A stretch of DNA of 64,000 bases from Salpingoeca rosetta (GCA_033442325.1 JAWQFM010000005.1:2047665-2111664); one strand, 5' to 3'. Shown: positions 1-62,033, counted from the stretch's first letter. The notes: a model not told the origin generated them from the sequence alone. Numbers and translations are program-made.

Positions 1-650
<650 letters not shown>

Positions 651-1409
651 CAGCAGCATCTGTGCAGTAACGCGCACAGCAAATGCGTGCGCCCGTTCAC
701 ACCAGTTGCTTTTATGCGTGTGATGGCCATGGTTGCGTTACTCTCTCTCTCTCTCTCGCTCTTGACTTGGTTCATACTGCTCTTCGCACAATTGCTTGCT
801 TGCTTGATTTGACGCACATACCAGATGTTCATTGAAGGTGTGACACGGTTACAACGAAAGACAGAGCAGAAAGCAAACACAAGGGTCACAAAAAACAAAA
901 ACAAAAAACAACAACAACAACAACAACACCCACACATAGACACACACACACCCACACCCACACACCCACACCCACCCCCCCCCCCACACACACACACACC
1001 CCAAAAAACCGTAAAAACATACGTATATTTAGACACGCTCGTTGTTTCTCCTAGGAATTAAAATCATCTCCATACATCTGTCATGCTCTTGCACATTCGA
1101 TCTCTCCGTGTGTGCTGGGTAAAAGGTACGAGTGGTCACACTGGGGTAACAAAACTTCAGGTACGTGCGTATGGTAGTCGTAATGTGGGGAGGTCTTGTC
1201 GTTGTCCCGGTTGTACAGTAACCTCCCCATGAACCTTGAGGAAAAAACAACAAGAAAAAGCCTTGGGGAAGATGCGGGAAGGAGNNNNNNNNNNNNNNNN
1301 NNNNNNNNNNNNNNNNNNNNNNNNNNNNNNNNNNNNNNNNNNNNNNNNNNNNNNNNNNNNNNNNNNNNNNNNNNNNNNNNNNNNACCACACACACACCAC
1401 CACACACCA

Positions 1410-1456
<47 letters not shown>

Positions 1457-1492
1457 GACACACCCAACCACACACACACACACACACACACA

Positions 1493-20081
<18,589 letters not shown>

Positions 20082-20738
20082 CTAAATGACGTGACACAGA
20101 TCTCGCGTCTGATGTCGAGTGAGAAAAATGAGGCTTGGGTGGGGGGTGGGGGGCATGTACAAGCCGGGCCCAAGGGCGTCGACGTTCTCAGGTTGTGTGG
20201 ACAGGGGCCCATTGTGCAGATTAGGTCTTGGGGCGGGGGTCATGGCAGGGGATGTGTCGTTGACGTGGAAGCGAGGGGCATTGTTCTCCTCAAGGAAATT
20301 TCGCTTGCTCTCCGCTTGTCTGCAACAGTGCACACGCGTCGCACGTGGAGTGCATTGCATGATGGGAGCAGAAGAGTCAAAGAGAGAAGAGACAAGGGCA
20401 GCGAGAAAAGAGGAGAGAAAGAGGAGAGAAAGAGAAGAGAGATACAGAAGAGAGAAAGCAAGTGAGCAAAGGCACGTCATTGCAGGCCCGCCTAGAAGAC
20501 CACACACACCTCGGAACAGAAGGGGTATTGTTCACTGGTGTGTGGTGTGTGAAAATGTGACATGGTGGCATGCACGCTTGTTGCTTGCTTGCTTGCTTGC
20601 TTGCTTGTTGCTTGCTTGCTTGTTGTTGCTTGTTGTGGTCTTCCCGCCAAACCAAACATGCGCGTTGTAGAGGGTTAGTTGAAGTTTTCCATCAATCTTC
20701 CCCACTTGTCCTCCTTTCTTGCGAATCCCACCAAACGA

Positions 20739-21370
20739 ATGATGCTGGGTGCTGGACGTTGGTTGTTGCGCAGTGCAGCTGCTCTCGGCTCGGCTCGCCA
20801 AGGAGCAGCAGCAGCAGCACGTGCGTTGAGCGCGGCTGCATCGCGCCGGACCTTGTTCGTGACCCCGCCGCAGCAAAGTGAGCAGCAACAGCAGCAGTGG
20901 GCAGGGGCGAAGATTGTTGATTCCAAGAACTGGAAGGCCAACGTTGATGCCAGCAAGTTCTTGTGCACTGCACCGGACGCGGTGCAGGAAGAGTTGTGCG
21001 CGTATGTGAAGCCGCTTGCTGCCGGCGCCTTGACCCACGACACCATGGATTCGCACAGCGTGGATCGCAATCAGCTCAAGCACACGGAGGCGTTCTTGCG
21101 CGACATTGAGGCGTCGCATCTCATCAACGGTCCTGCCGCCGCCATCCTCCAGCCCATTGCCAACCTCAACTCCATTCTGGAGGTATGCACAGCATGTTGT
21201 GGCGCGCCAGCGATCTTTGTCCCTGTCCACGTTGGTCGACTTAATCGTACAACTCGGAGAGCCTGATGCTCAATGTTCCCTGTCGTTTGCATTCGTGACT
21301 TTCTCGTGAAATTCAACACACACACACACAAACATACACTGCACACTCACTCACTCACACAACACACAAG

Positions 21371-21409
<39 letters not shown>

Positions 21410-22312
21410 TACACTCACTCACACAACACACAAGCACGCACACACACACATACTCACACACACACTCACTCACACATACATCACACTTGCACACGCACAC
21501 ACATCACACTCTCACACACACACACACACACCGCGCTGATTTTGTTAATGCAGATTCGACTGGCTGCGCTGACCATGTCGCAGCTGATGGGCGAGTGTCT
21601 GAAGCAGAACGCACAGGGCGAGCGCAGCATTCTGGTGTTTGATCGAGACGCCACGCGCCAGATGGTGGACGGGCAGCGGTACCACCAGTCGCACGAGGGC
21701 GGATCGCTGCACACCGACAACGTGAATATCCCGCAGTGCTGGGAGTTTATGCTCCTCACGTGCCTGCAACCAGCGGTGGAAGGCGGGCAGAGCATTCTGG
21801 TGAGCGCCAGCGCCGTGTACGAGCACTTTCTCAGGACGGACCCGCAGGTGCTGGAGACGCTCTGGCGCGACTTCTGGTGGGAGTACCGCGGGTTCAACGA
21901 CGCCTTCTACCGCGCTCCAATCCTGTTCACCAACAAGATGGGTGAGCCCTGCTTTCGTTGGCTGCGCGAGTACATGGAGTCTGCGCACAAGCGACTCGGC
22001 GTCGCCTTCACATCAGCGCAGCAGCACGCGCTCGATGCCCTCACCGCCGTCACGCTCGATCCTGCCTTCCAGTTCCGCCACACGTTCAGGCAGGGCGAGA
22101 TCCTGTTTGCAAACGACCTGCAGCTGTTCCATGGGCGCACAGCGTTTCTGGATGCCGCGCCTGCGCAGCCGACGTACGACTTTGAGCACCCGGTCAACCG
22201 GCTCATGCAACGCAACTGGGTGAAGACGGCGTCTGTGTACCGCGACATCAACCAGAGCGACTACACCATACCCACGCGCCACCAAGTCACCGCCATCATG
22301 CAGTCCAACTGA
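20739..22312 (+). CDS. TauD/TfdA (clavaminate synthase-like) Fe(II)/2-oxoglutarate dioxygenase with a possible mitochondrial targeting peptide; 2 exons
   Basis: Exons 20739-21182 and 21554-22312 joined by a phase-0 GT-AG intron. Facial triad LHTDN...LFHGR, plus GGQSILVSA. Arg/Ala/Ser-rich acid-free N-terminus. Confidence 0.85.
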
Positions 22313-22655
22313 TCTCTGTGTGCGTGCGTGTGCGTGCGTGTGCGTGCGTGTGCGTGCGTGTGCGTGCGTGTGCGTGCGTGTGCGTGCGTATGTGTGTGGT
22401 GATGTGATGTAATGTGATGTGCGTGCGTGTGTGTGTGTGTGTGTGTGTGTGTTTTGAGGGCTGCTCGACCTATCGTACTGTCGTTACAAAGAGCCAGACC
22501 GTGTGTTATTTCCGCAGCGCTTCCGTTCCTTCGGGGCCAGTTCAGTGCCCTTACCCTCAGCAACGTTGCTTCTCTGTTCACGGCACCCTTGGCTGTCACG
22601 CGCGGTGGATGGTCTTACATGTGCACGAACCTCTCTATGTCTCGTTACTCGTTTA

Positions 22656-22699
<44 letters not shown>

Positions 22700-22933
22700 C
22701 CTGCAACAAGAGACAAGATGAGCATAATCGCCCTTTGCTCCCTGCTTGCGTGGTAGGTAGCAGTGCAAGAGGATCATGCCATGTCCGTTCAAGCACAAAG
22801 TTCATGTATTGCCGCATGTCAAACGAGACAAAACAAAATGGTTGTTGACGCTGCCGCAAAGGGTGTAACTAACTCTCTTGCCACACACACACACATACAC
22901 ATACACATACACACATACACACACACACACGCA

Positions 22934-22981
<48 letters not shown>

Positions 22982-23003
22982 AAAGCAAACAGTGCTGGTG
23001 GTG

Positions 23004-26726
<3,723 letters not shown>

Positions 26727-27283
26727 TGTGTGCCTGAGTATGTATGCTTGTATGTAAGTGTAGGTGTGTGTGTGTGCTTCCGTATGCCTGCGCTTGGATA
26801 GCTGTGTCCTCGCCACCTGCCTTCCTTCCTTCCTTCCTCTGTTCGCTTCTCTGTGCTTGCTTGCTTGTCGTTGGTTGTCGTCTCTTGCTCTGCTGTTGTT
26901 GTTGGTTCCTCTTCTTCTTCTTCTTCCTCTTCTTCGCATTCAATGATGAGTCATCAACACGAATTTCCACACACATTCGTTTTGGCGACGACACAAACAA
27001 CAAACGTCAGGCAACAAGCAGGCAAGCAGGCAAGCAAGCAGGTCATGTGTGGTGGTGTGGTGTGTCACAACTTCATGTCACCATCTCCCGCTGGTGTTTG
27101 CGTGTCCTCCCTCGCGCCCTTAGGCCCTCAACCCTCTGTCTATCTGCACTTCTGTTTGTCTCCCAATCTCTCACGCCGCCCATTCATCCATCCGCCCATC
27201 TGTGCATTCACATCTTCACAGGCAGCTACAGACGTGAATTGCATTGAATTGAGTTGGTTGCTTGTCTCAGGCCACTCGCCACC

Positions 27284-34013
<6,730 letters not shown>

Positions 34014-34694
34014 TGTGACAAGTGCTTTGGCAGTACTGCGACAAAAGACCCTGCCCGCAACACACCGCACCTCTTGACACGTTTGCTTGCTTGCTTGGCA
34101 TGCCGCCTGGACTTTTCATGTCTATCTTGCTCGTTTGAGGCTTAAGCTTATTGTCTTCCTTTGTCCATTCGACGTTTGCCTGCCAGTGCTTTGACGCACC
34201 CTGTTTCTTCCATGAATGCAATTGGAACGAGCGCTGCTTTCTTGTGACTTTTGTGCTTACTTTGCTCGGGTTGGCTCGCTCGCTCGCTCGCTCGCTCATT
34301 CGCTTGCGCTTTCGTTGAGAGGAACTCTGACTGGCCCTTGCTCTTGTTGCTGTCGGTTACAGTTCCAATACATTGGCAGTTGAACAAGAATGGCACTACA
34401 ACTAGAAGCAGGGGGATGCGTGGGAATATGTGCGCACGTACGTGCATGTGTGGGCATGTGCGTGTGTTGTGCGTGTGTTTGTGTGTTGAGATTCGCGTGC
34501 GCAAGTACACGGGTGTGGCGAGACAGCATGATAATCCAACTACGGAGAAGGCTTAACAACATCAAGCGCAACTGCGTGTGATGGAGAGGAGTCAACACAC
34601 AGGGCTGCTTGTCATTGGGGATAACAGAGATGAGAAAACAGCAACACTGACGCCAAACCCCATCAGTGGGACACAACAGGGCACAACGCAACGA

Positions 34695-34950
34695 CTACTT
34701 GAAGAAAGCGTGCAGTGTCTTCTGTGGTCCCTTCTTTGACTTTTTCTGTGGCGAGGTGGTTGTGGCTGCATTGCTCGCCCGCTTGCCACCATCGGTGTCA
34801 GGCTTCTCTGTGTTGCGCAGCGCTGTTGGTGGCGTGGCTGTGGTTGAGTCGTCGTCGTCATCATCGTCAAGCTTGATCACCGCATCCTTTGCATCAGCGT
34901 CATCGCCTCCCTTGGCCTCCGCTGCTGCCGTTGCTGGTGCTGCGGTTTTC

Positions 34951-34982
<32 letters not shown>

Positions 34983-36320
34983 CGTTGTGGCCTTGGCTGG
35001 CGCTGTTTCTGCTGTGGTTGCTGCTGGTGCTGTGGTTGCTGCTGGTGCGGCTGGCTTCTTGGCGGCGGCTTTGCTGAAGAAGCTCTGCAGCGAGCCCTTT
35101 CCTCCCTTGCGCACAACGGGCGTGCGCTTCCATTTCTTCACCGCCTTTGCGCCAGTCAGCTTCTCCACCATCTCCACCAGCGTCTCTGCGTTGCGCGGGC
35201 CGTGCGCCCCAATGTCGTTCATAAAGTACACAAACTGCGTCACGCCCGCCTTGCGCCGCGCAGCAAACCGCTCCGCCTGCCTCTGCAGGAACTCGTCGCT
35301 GTACACAGTTTCGCCCGGGGTGAGGGCCTTGTGGAAGCGCACGAACGTGAAGTTGGCCGTCTGCTTGTCGGTGTAGACGCACGAGTTGTCTGGGCTGATG
35401 TTCTCGACAATGGCGACGTTGTGTTGCTTGAGGAGCGCGTACACCTGGTCGTGCAGCCAGGTCTTGCTGCGAAACTCAAACGCAAAGCGCAGGTCCGTGG
35501 GCAGCTTGGGCAGGAACTCGGCAAGGCGGGCCTCGTTGCGGTGGAACGTCGGTGGCAGCTGGATGAGGATGGGCCCGAGGTGCGAGCCCAGGGCGCGCGC
35601 CCGATCGCAAAACTCCTCCACCAGCTCATCCACATTCTTCAGCCGCTCCTTGTGGGAGACAATCTGGTGCATCTATGCACGTGTATGCGCGCGTGTGTGT
35701 GAGGAGGAGGAGGGGGGGGGGTGTTGAAGGTGAGCACAGCGTGACGACTTGAACAACAGCACACTCAGTCTGATAATCGCATGCAGGTCAACAAGCGCGC
35801 AACACACACACACATGCACACATACACACATGCACACACACACACATACACACACATACACACACATACACACAAGCACACTTGTGATGCAGCTGACCTT
35901 GAGTGCAAAGACGAAGCTGTCCTGGACTTCCTTTGTCCACTTGCGAAACGTTTCCGTCGATTGCAAGCCATGGTATGTGGCGTTGATTTCGCACGACGGC
36001 AGCCTGCCTGTTGATATCCAAGGCGTACATGCGCATGTATGATGTGCATGTGTGCGTGCGAGAGAGAAAGAGAGAGACAGAGAGACAGAGAGACAGAGAG
36101 AGAGAGAGAGGTGAGCACACACAATCGCAACACAACATAGCCGTCACAGACACACACACACACATACACACGCACCTGAAAAGTGCTTGAGCTCGTCTGC
36201 CTGCTTGACCAAGCGGGGATAGAAGGCATCCTTGCGCCAGTGTGGATATGTGTAGCCCGACGTGCCCACATAGAAGTTGGCGAGGTCCTGCTTGCCACCA
36301 CCAACACTGCCGCTGCTCAT
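34695..36320 (-). CDS. DUF72 (YecE/YunF-like TIM barrel) protein with Ala/Lys-rich C-terminal tail; 3 exons
   Basis: FYVGTSGYTYPHWR...FYP, EINATYH, FALK, SHKERL, LGPILIQLPP, AFEFR...W, FVRFH, FVYFMND. Confidence 0.88.
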
Positions 36321-36786
36321 CTTGGTCGTTGTTCTGGCGGGATAAATGATGAATGCGGCTGCTTGAAACTCGTTTGAACCTGTTTTGGCAGCTCCCTGCC
36401 GCCACCAACGCACGCTCTCCCACCCACTCTGCCTGATTGCATTAGATCGCCTTGCTCTCACTCATGTCGCGGCTAGTGTGCTGGTGTACTGTTTCATGTC
36501 ACTCGTGAAAGGCGGCGCCTGTGTTGCGTCAATTCTGCCACAACTGAACACACTGGCACACACACACATGCACACACACCAACACAACAACAACAACAAC
36601 AACAACAACACATGCACACACTCAACACACACACACACACCTCACACAACACAACACACACACACACAACACACATTTCACACACACACACATGCACACA
36701 TGCACAAGTACCGACGTTCGCCTTCTTTTCCATGCGTGTCAGTGCAAGTGTGATTACACATCACTAAAATCCCCAAAGCTCGAAAC

Positions 36787-50208
<13,422 letters not shown>

Positions 50209-50561
50209 GTTGGGTGAGTGGTGGGTTGCTTGATGTACTTTGTGTGAAATCGCCCCACAAGTGTGGGCGGGCCTACGCTATTCTCAGGGGTGGCAGATCA
50301 CGCGCAACCCCGAGGCTTGCTTGGGTGGGGTTGTGCGCGTGGACCAAAAAGCCAAGACAAGACGGTCGCTGCAAGGGCACCCCCCGCGGCGATCGTGCTG
50401 TCGTGTGTGCGTGCGTGCGTGTGGTGCTTTGTGCCTGTCTGTGGTGGCGGGAAAATGGTGCTGCCTGTGCACAGCAGCGTGCGTCCGCACAACAGAATTT
50501 GAAAAAATATGAAAAGATTCCATGCCAATGTAACGGGCGAGGAAGAAGGACACTGGTGGAG

Positions 50562-53170
<2,609 letters not shown>

Positions 53171-53583
53171 GACACGTGTGTGTGTGTGTATTGTGTGTGT
53201 ATGTGTGTGAGTTGCGTTGTGGGAGACAAACAGCAGTGCAGCTGTTTTGAACGCCGCGCGGCAGCACAGATCTTCATTGCCGACAGCATAAAATATGACA
53301 ATGCAATTGTTGAAATTTGCTGTAAAACATCACCAAAATAGCGCACAACCGCAACAGAAGCAACCACCGGAGCAAGCATTCTTGCGCCACCAACCAATAC
53401 ACAAACAAGCAAGCAAGCAATACGGGAACCACACCATCACCATCGATCCGTTCGTGCCCATTTCTTCGATTGTGTTTTTGTTTGTGCAGCCAACCACACA
53501 ACAGCCAACCACACAGCAGATACACGCTTTGTCAAGCTCCAACAGCCAGCCGAAGGTTTTCTCTCCGCCTTGTGGTGCCAGAC

Positions 53584-53716
53584 ATGAAGTTTGGAGCACG
53601 CATCGAGGCCGAGGCCGCTCGAAGCGGGCAGCCACACAAGTACTTTGCTTACAACACCATCAAACAACACATCAAGTCTAAGGATATCTCTGCTGTACAA
53701 AAGAACCTCCACCTCG

Positions 53717-53762
<46 letters not shown>

Positions 53763-55963
53763 TGTCGTCAAACCAAACCCGATGCACCCAACAAGCTGCC
53801 TTTGAGCCAGGATTGTTGGTTTCCTGACCCGCGCTGTTGTGTTTGCATTTTGGGACAGATGGAAAAGGTGGAGCACCACTTTCGCCAGGAAGAGTTTGAC
53901 TGCATGCGCACCTTCAACGAGGTATGTACGCGAAGGTACCAACCACTCGGCGGCGGCTGCTGCTTGCCAACTCCTCGTGTCATGAGCCTAAATCACGAGC
54001 CAACCACGCATTTCCTTTGTGGCTCACCCATTCTCTTCTTCTCGTGCATGCGCACATGTGTACGCACCCCGGTAGCTGCAGAAGCAGAGCTGGAACTGTG
54101 CTGCAGTCAGGGAATCGGCCATTGCCTCGTTGGAACGCCGCATCAACCAGCTCGTCGGTGCGTGTGTGTGAGTGTTGTGAGCTTGTGTGTGTGAGTGTTG
54201 TGAGCTTGTGAGTGTTATGAGCTTGTATGTGTGTGTGTGTGAGTGTATGTGTGTGAGCTTGTGTGTGTGACCTTCTGTGTTCCCCCTTCTCCTCCCCCCC
54301 CCCTCTTTCTCTCTGCCCCTACGTTTATCTCTCCCCCCCCCTCTCTCTTTCTTTCTTTCTCTCTCCCTGTATCTATATCTCTCCCAACTTCTGTATGCAG
54401 TGGCGACGTTGGTGCTCATCACTCTCGTGTCTGCTTTGTGAAACGGCAGGGTTTGGGCAATGGAACTACACGGCGGTCGAGAAGATCACGAAGAAGATTC
54501 GCCGTCGGCTAGGCCAGGGCATCCTCCCCGATACAAGTACATTCATTCTCAACTGCAATGCCTGTACCTGTGGTGCTAAAGCGTCGGTTGCATGTGCGGT
54601 CCATGTGGCCGCAACAGCTCGTTCCTTCTTACATCTTGTTGCATTTCCTCTCTTCCCCCCTTTCCTGCCTTCTCCATTGTCTGCCTGTCTGACTTTTTCT
54701 CCTCCTTATTTCTCTCCTCGCCCCTCCCTCCCCTCCTCTTCTGACTGTTCTCGTGTCAGCGTTCCCTCACCTCCCCCCCCCCCTCTTCGGCCCATCACAC
54801 GCCATGACCGCCATTGCTATGACACAGCCTCTACGATGCTTGAGCAGTGGTACCCGTATGTGTCCATGGAGCCTGCTCGCATGCTGGCCATGCTGCAAGA
54901 CCTTCCCGCCCGCCCAGACACCGGCACATCCTCCCGTAGCGACGACAATGACATCAGCAGCGCGGCTGACTGCCACGGTGATGATGGTGACAGTACCTGC
55001 AACGGCGATGGTGCGCACGATGGTGAGCGGGATGAGGATGCAGATCCAGCAGCAGCAGCAGCAGCGGGACGCGTGGTTGGAGTGCACAATGGTGGCGGGC
55101 TTGATGGCAGTGCGATGGATTCTCATGGTGAAGGGGATGATGCACGGGAATCAGGCATTGATGAAGAAGAAGACCTGGAGCACGAGGACACAGCGCACTC
55201 TGCAGCGCACGCCGCTGACACACCAGCGACAGTGGCGACAGTGAGACGGCGACGAGTCAACCGAAACGACAGCACAAAGCAATGTGATGATGACAACAGA
55301 ATACGGTCGCCGGCGCTCACCCGCGGCGCGGCCAAACCAAGCGGCACAACACACACAGGTGGCAGCAACACCACTGCTGCAGCGAACGCGACCAGCGGGG
55401 CCACCGCGACCCCTGCGATACACTCTACACCAGCGAGCACGGCACAGGCAACGCGCACGGACGAAGCATCGGGTGGTGAGGAGAGCGACGCAGAGGTGTC
55501 GGCCACAGGCTGCCCCGTCTGCCTATGCACACGCATGCGCGAGCCTGCGCTGTGCTCGTGCGCGCACACGTTCTGCTTCGACTGCATCAGCCAGACGGAG
55601 ACGTGCCCCGTGTGCCGGAAGCGCCACTTCTCCACGTTTGTCATTGCGGGCAGCGGGGATGTGGTCACGGTGGACAGCGCGTGGCAGTCGGGCGACGAGT
55701 CACCGTCGGTGATGGCTGCAGCCCTGCGCCGTGTTCGCGACATCATCTGGTATCTGGTGGTGCTGGTGGTGCTGCTGCCGTTTCTCGCGGCGCTGTTTGC
55801 GCTTGGCTTCATGTGGTCTGGCGCGCGCGAGCTCATTGACGCCATTCGCGGCAAGCAGACGGTGTACCCGGTGCCCCTCAGCTACAAGAAGCTGCCGTTG
55901 ATAGCGCCCCACGGTCTCACAACCGCGCCCCCGCCCTGGTCACAGCCCACGCTTTGGGAGTGA
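53584..55963 (+). CDS. SPX-domain C3HC4 RING protein with C-terminal hydrophobic/TM segment (NLA/BAH1-like architecture)
   Basis: MKFGARI...YFAYNTIKQHIK and WNYTAVEKITKKI (SPX). CPVCL..MREPALCSCAHTFCFDC...CPVCR (RING). IIWYLVVLVVLLPFLAALFALGFMW (TM). Confidence 0.8.
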
Positions 55964-56234
55964 TGGCGTGCTAGAGTGCTTTTGAGTGCATGTGTGTGTG
56001 GGTGTTTGTTGATCTCCCCTTCTGCTCCCTTTAAGTATTGTGCCGTGTGGTGTGTATGTTTGCACACTTGTACATGCGTTGTGTGCGCAATGAGAGGATG
56101 TACCTCGCACCCGGGGTGCCGTGCGCGTGTGCACGTTAATGTATGCCACAATTTTGTTTTATTTGCGCCCGCTGCAGTGTTTGGTTACATTTGCTTTGCA
56201 TGAACGCGTTCCGGTATCATGCGTCGCTTTCACT

Positions 56235-56289
<55 letters not shown>

Positions 56290-56373
56290 TGTGTGTGTGT
56301 GGTGTACTGCAGCCTGAATAGAACACGCAACAACAGTAGTGTGGTGCAACGTCATCAAAACAACGCGAAACAC

Positions 56374-56405
<32 letters not shown>

Positions 56406-56452
56406 TGCGTGTGTGTGTGTGTGTAACAACGGGTGACCGTGGGTGGCACGGT

Positions 56453-56620
56453 TCAGCAGTAAGCGCGGAAGAGGGTTGTGTCTGCCTTTGCCTCGACGGT
56501 GGCGGCGGCGTCAGCGGCGATGAAGAATGTCGACCCGCGCGGTGCGGCCAACGACCCGCCCTGAGACAGTGATGATGATGGTGGTGGTGGTGGTGGTGGT
56601 GATGGTGCGTGCGTGTGTGC

Positions 56621-56665
<45 letters not shown>

Positions 56666-57145
56666 CGTGTGTGTGTGTGTGTGTGTGCNNNNNNNNNNNN
56701 NNNNNNNNNNNNNNNNNNNNNNNNNNNNNNNNNNNNNNNNNNNNNNNNNNNNNNNNNNNNNNNNNNNNNNNNNNNNNNNNNNNNNNNNNNNNNNNNNNNN
56801 NNNNNNNNNNNNNNNNNNNNNNNNNNNNNNNNNNNNNNNNNNNNNNNNNNNNNNNNNNNNNNNNNNNNNNNNNNNNNNNNNNNNNNNNNNNNNNNNNNNN
56901 NNNNNNNNNNNNNNNNNNNNNNNNNNNNNNNNNNNNNNNNNNNNNNNNNNNNNNNNNNNNNNNNNNNNNNNNNNNNNNNNNNNNNNNNNNNNNNNNNNNN
57001 NNNNNNNNNNNNNNNNNNNNNNNNNNNNNNNNNNNNNNNNNNNNNNCACACACACAAACACACACACACGCACATGCGTGTGTGTGCGCGTGTGTGTGTG
57101 AGCATGTTGTCAAAGGGGAACAAAATGTGTCCCAGCGAATACAAC

Positions 57146-57202
<57 letters not shown>

Positions 57203-57444
57203 TGGCGCACCTGTTCCTGTGCGGTGCCCGTCTCATATGTGAGCATGTTGACCAGGTTGTCGACGTCCTTGAACTTACCTGTGCACCCGGCCCGCACGAC
57301 GTTGTCGCTTGCAGCCATGCACTCAATGCAGTCCCCAGCCATGTACGCGTGGGGTAGGTTTGGCCCGAGGAAGATGGCCTGTCCAGGTTGAAGCTGCACA
57401 ATGTTCAGCATGAACAGGCAGAAGCAGCCAACATCGCCTGCGCA

Positions 57445-57509
<65 letters not shown>

Positions 57510-59333
57510 TGGTGCGTGTGTGTGTGTGTGTGATTGCGCGTTAGAACGGGTTGTACAGACACGCAGACACGCACACGCACACACATGCAAGCGTTTACGT
57601 GAGTGCGTGTTCGTGCGAATGTGTCGTGCTATATGTTGTGTGCGTACCCGGGAATTGAGAGTGCACACGCAGCACAAAGTTGTCCACAAGCTGCTTGTCA
57701 GCCTTGGCCTCGAGCCGCGCCTGCACACGTCGATTGACAAGCACCATGCACACGAAAGCATGAATGATGGAGCGAGAGCACGTGAGACAACACATCTGAG
57801 CTCGCGGCAGAGATATGGAGGCAGACATCACAACAACGCAACACAAAACACAACACACGGACCCACACAACACTGCAACACAAACACACATGCACAAATA
57901 ACGCAACACCCTCGCCCCACCTGAAGCTCCGCAGCTTTGGCCTCGACCATCTTGGGGTCCGCGTGCATCAGTGCAGAGAAGCACTTCTTGAGCGCATCGT
58001 GTTGCTGGCGGTGTGTGTGCGTGTATGTGTATGTACATGTGTGCGTGTATTTGTGTGCGTGTATGTGTATGTGTGCATGCGAGAGAGAGAGAGTGTGTGT
58101 GTGTGTGTGTTAGTGAGATTGAGTACGTGCGAGAAGCCGAAATGTAATGGCGATGTGAACATGGCACAGTCGAACGTGTTCACAACCTTTCATGTAAACG
58201 CACACCACATCACACACACACACACACACACACCCTGCAAACCCTGCAAACCCTGCAAACCCTACACTCACACTCACACGCACACACACACACACGCACG
58301 CACACACAACACACACACACCCTACAAACCCTTCGCTCACACGCACACACGCGCTGACACAAGCACCCATACCCCCACCTCCGGCTGCGGTTTTCCGACG
58401 GCAGCGTGCAGACAGGCAGCGGCGGCGTCGCCAACAAGCGCATGGAACTCCGGATACGACGACAGGAACGCGGCCACCTCCGCCAGGGGGCGGAACCCGC
58501 ACATGCCCTGGGGAGTGTGACAGTGAGGGGACAGGTGCGGGCACAGGTGATGGGCGACAGAATGTGAGTATGTGAACACACACACACACACACACAACAC
58601 ACAACACACACACCTCAAAGGGCGTGAGTGCGATTGCCATTTCCGGTTTGTGGTTGTCGTCCAGGTAATGTTCGGGATCTTGCTGCCGCAGCTTCTCAGC
58701 GAGCGCCTTGTCCGGGTGTGCCTGCACCATTGCACAACCGAGGAGGGCGGGGGGGGGTTGAGCTCATTGACAAGGTCACACCACAGGCAGTTGAAAGTCT
58801 GATGCCATGCTAGGAAAAATATGAGTCCGGACCACTAACTGGAGCAAGTGATGGGACAGCAGAAACATAGTGCGGGGCAGCTGGTGGTGGTTGCAGCCGA
58901 ACCTGAATGGAGAGTGTTTTGTTGACAGAGAGGACCTTGAATAGATATGGAAGCTGGCCTTCTGCACTCTTTGCAGAGCCCCTATCAAAGACGCAGGCGA
59001 ACGCATGAAACGACAAAGAGGGCAAATGGGGACGAAATAAAGGAGAGAGAGAGAGAGAGATAGTGTGTGAGTGAGTGTGAGCGTGTGTGTGTGAATGAGT
59101 GTGTGTATGTGAGTGAGTGAGTGCGTGTGTGAGTGAGTAAGCCAGCCAGCCAGCCAGCCAGTCAGCCAGGTACATGCATGCACATGGGCGTAGAGGATAC
59201 GCCATTAGTCACACAGACACACACACACACACACATGAGGTCCGGGTTGGCTTGCAGGAGGGTACGAAGGTCCTGCACTTCTCCTCCAGGCAGCACGACC
59301 TGTGACGGCGCCTTGCTGTGGGTTCCCATCCAC

Positions 59334-59337
<4 letters not shown>
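56453..59337 (-). CDS. MPI: Mannose-6-phosphate isomerase (class I); 5' exon(s) not seen (probably in or near the gap), one internal gap
   Basis: [23 protein letters not shown]|[21 protein letters not shown]|GMCGFRP, GDVGCF...[35 protein letters not shown]-terminal LFRAYC. Confidence 0.93.
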
Positions 59338-59411
<74 letters not shown>

Positions 59412-59965
59412 AACAGGTAAGGAGGCAAGGCGCAAGCACCGTGAGCTTGCGACAAACACGACGCCAGCAAGCGTCGCACAAATAGGCATCCAAGAACACC
59501 CAACAACACAAGCACCACATATGCACACACACACACACTCACGCTCATGCTTATACACAACACTCACACACATACACACACTCACACTCACACGCACACA
59601 CAACAGGGTCACCACCTTCCACGTTGCGTCTGGCATTCGACAGACCATTCCGCGCCACTGCCAACATAACAGCAAAGGCAAAAACACACAACCAGTGACA
59701 CTGGCATGTGAGCAATACACCACAGCTTTCATCGAAAAAGCTCCCAGCGGACAAGGCATGACCACCACCGNNNNNNNNNNNNNNNNNNNNNNNNNNNNNN
59801 NNNNNNNNNNNNNNNNNNNNNNNNNNNNNNNNNNNNNNNNNNNNNNNNNNNNNNNNNNNNNNNNNNNNNNCCGTGGTCGCCAGACCAGCTGGAGAAAGCA
59901 GGAAGCACAAGACAGGAAGGCCCGCGGCCCCGTTGCACATTACGCAAACAAATTAAATCACACAT

Positions 59966-62033
<2,068 letters not shown>

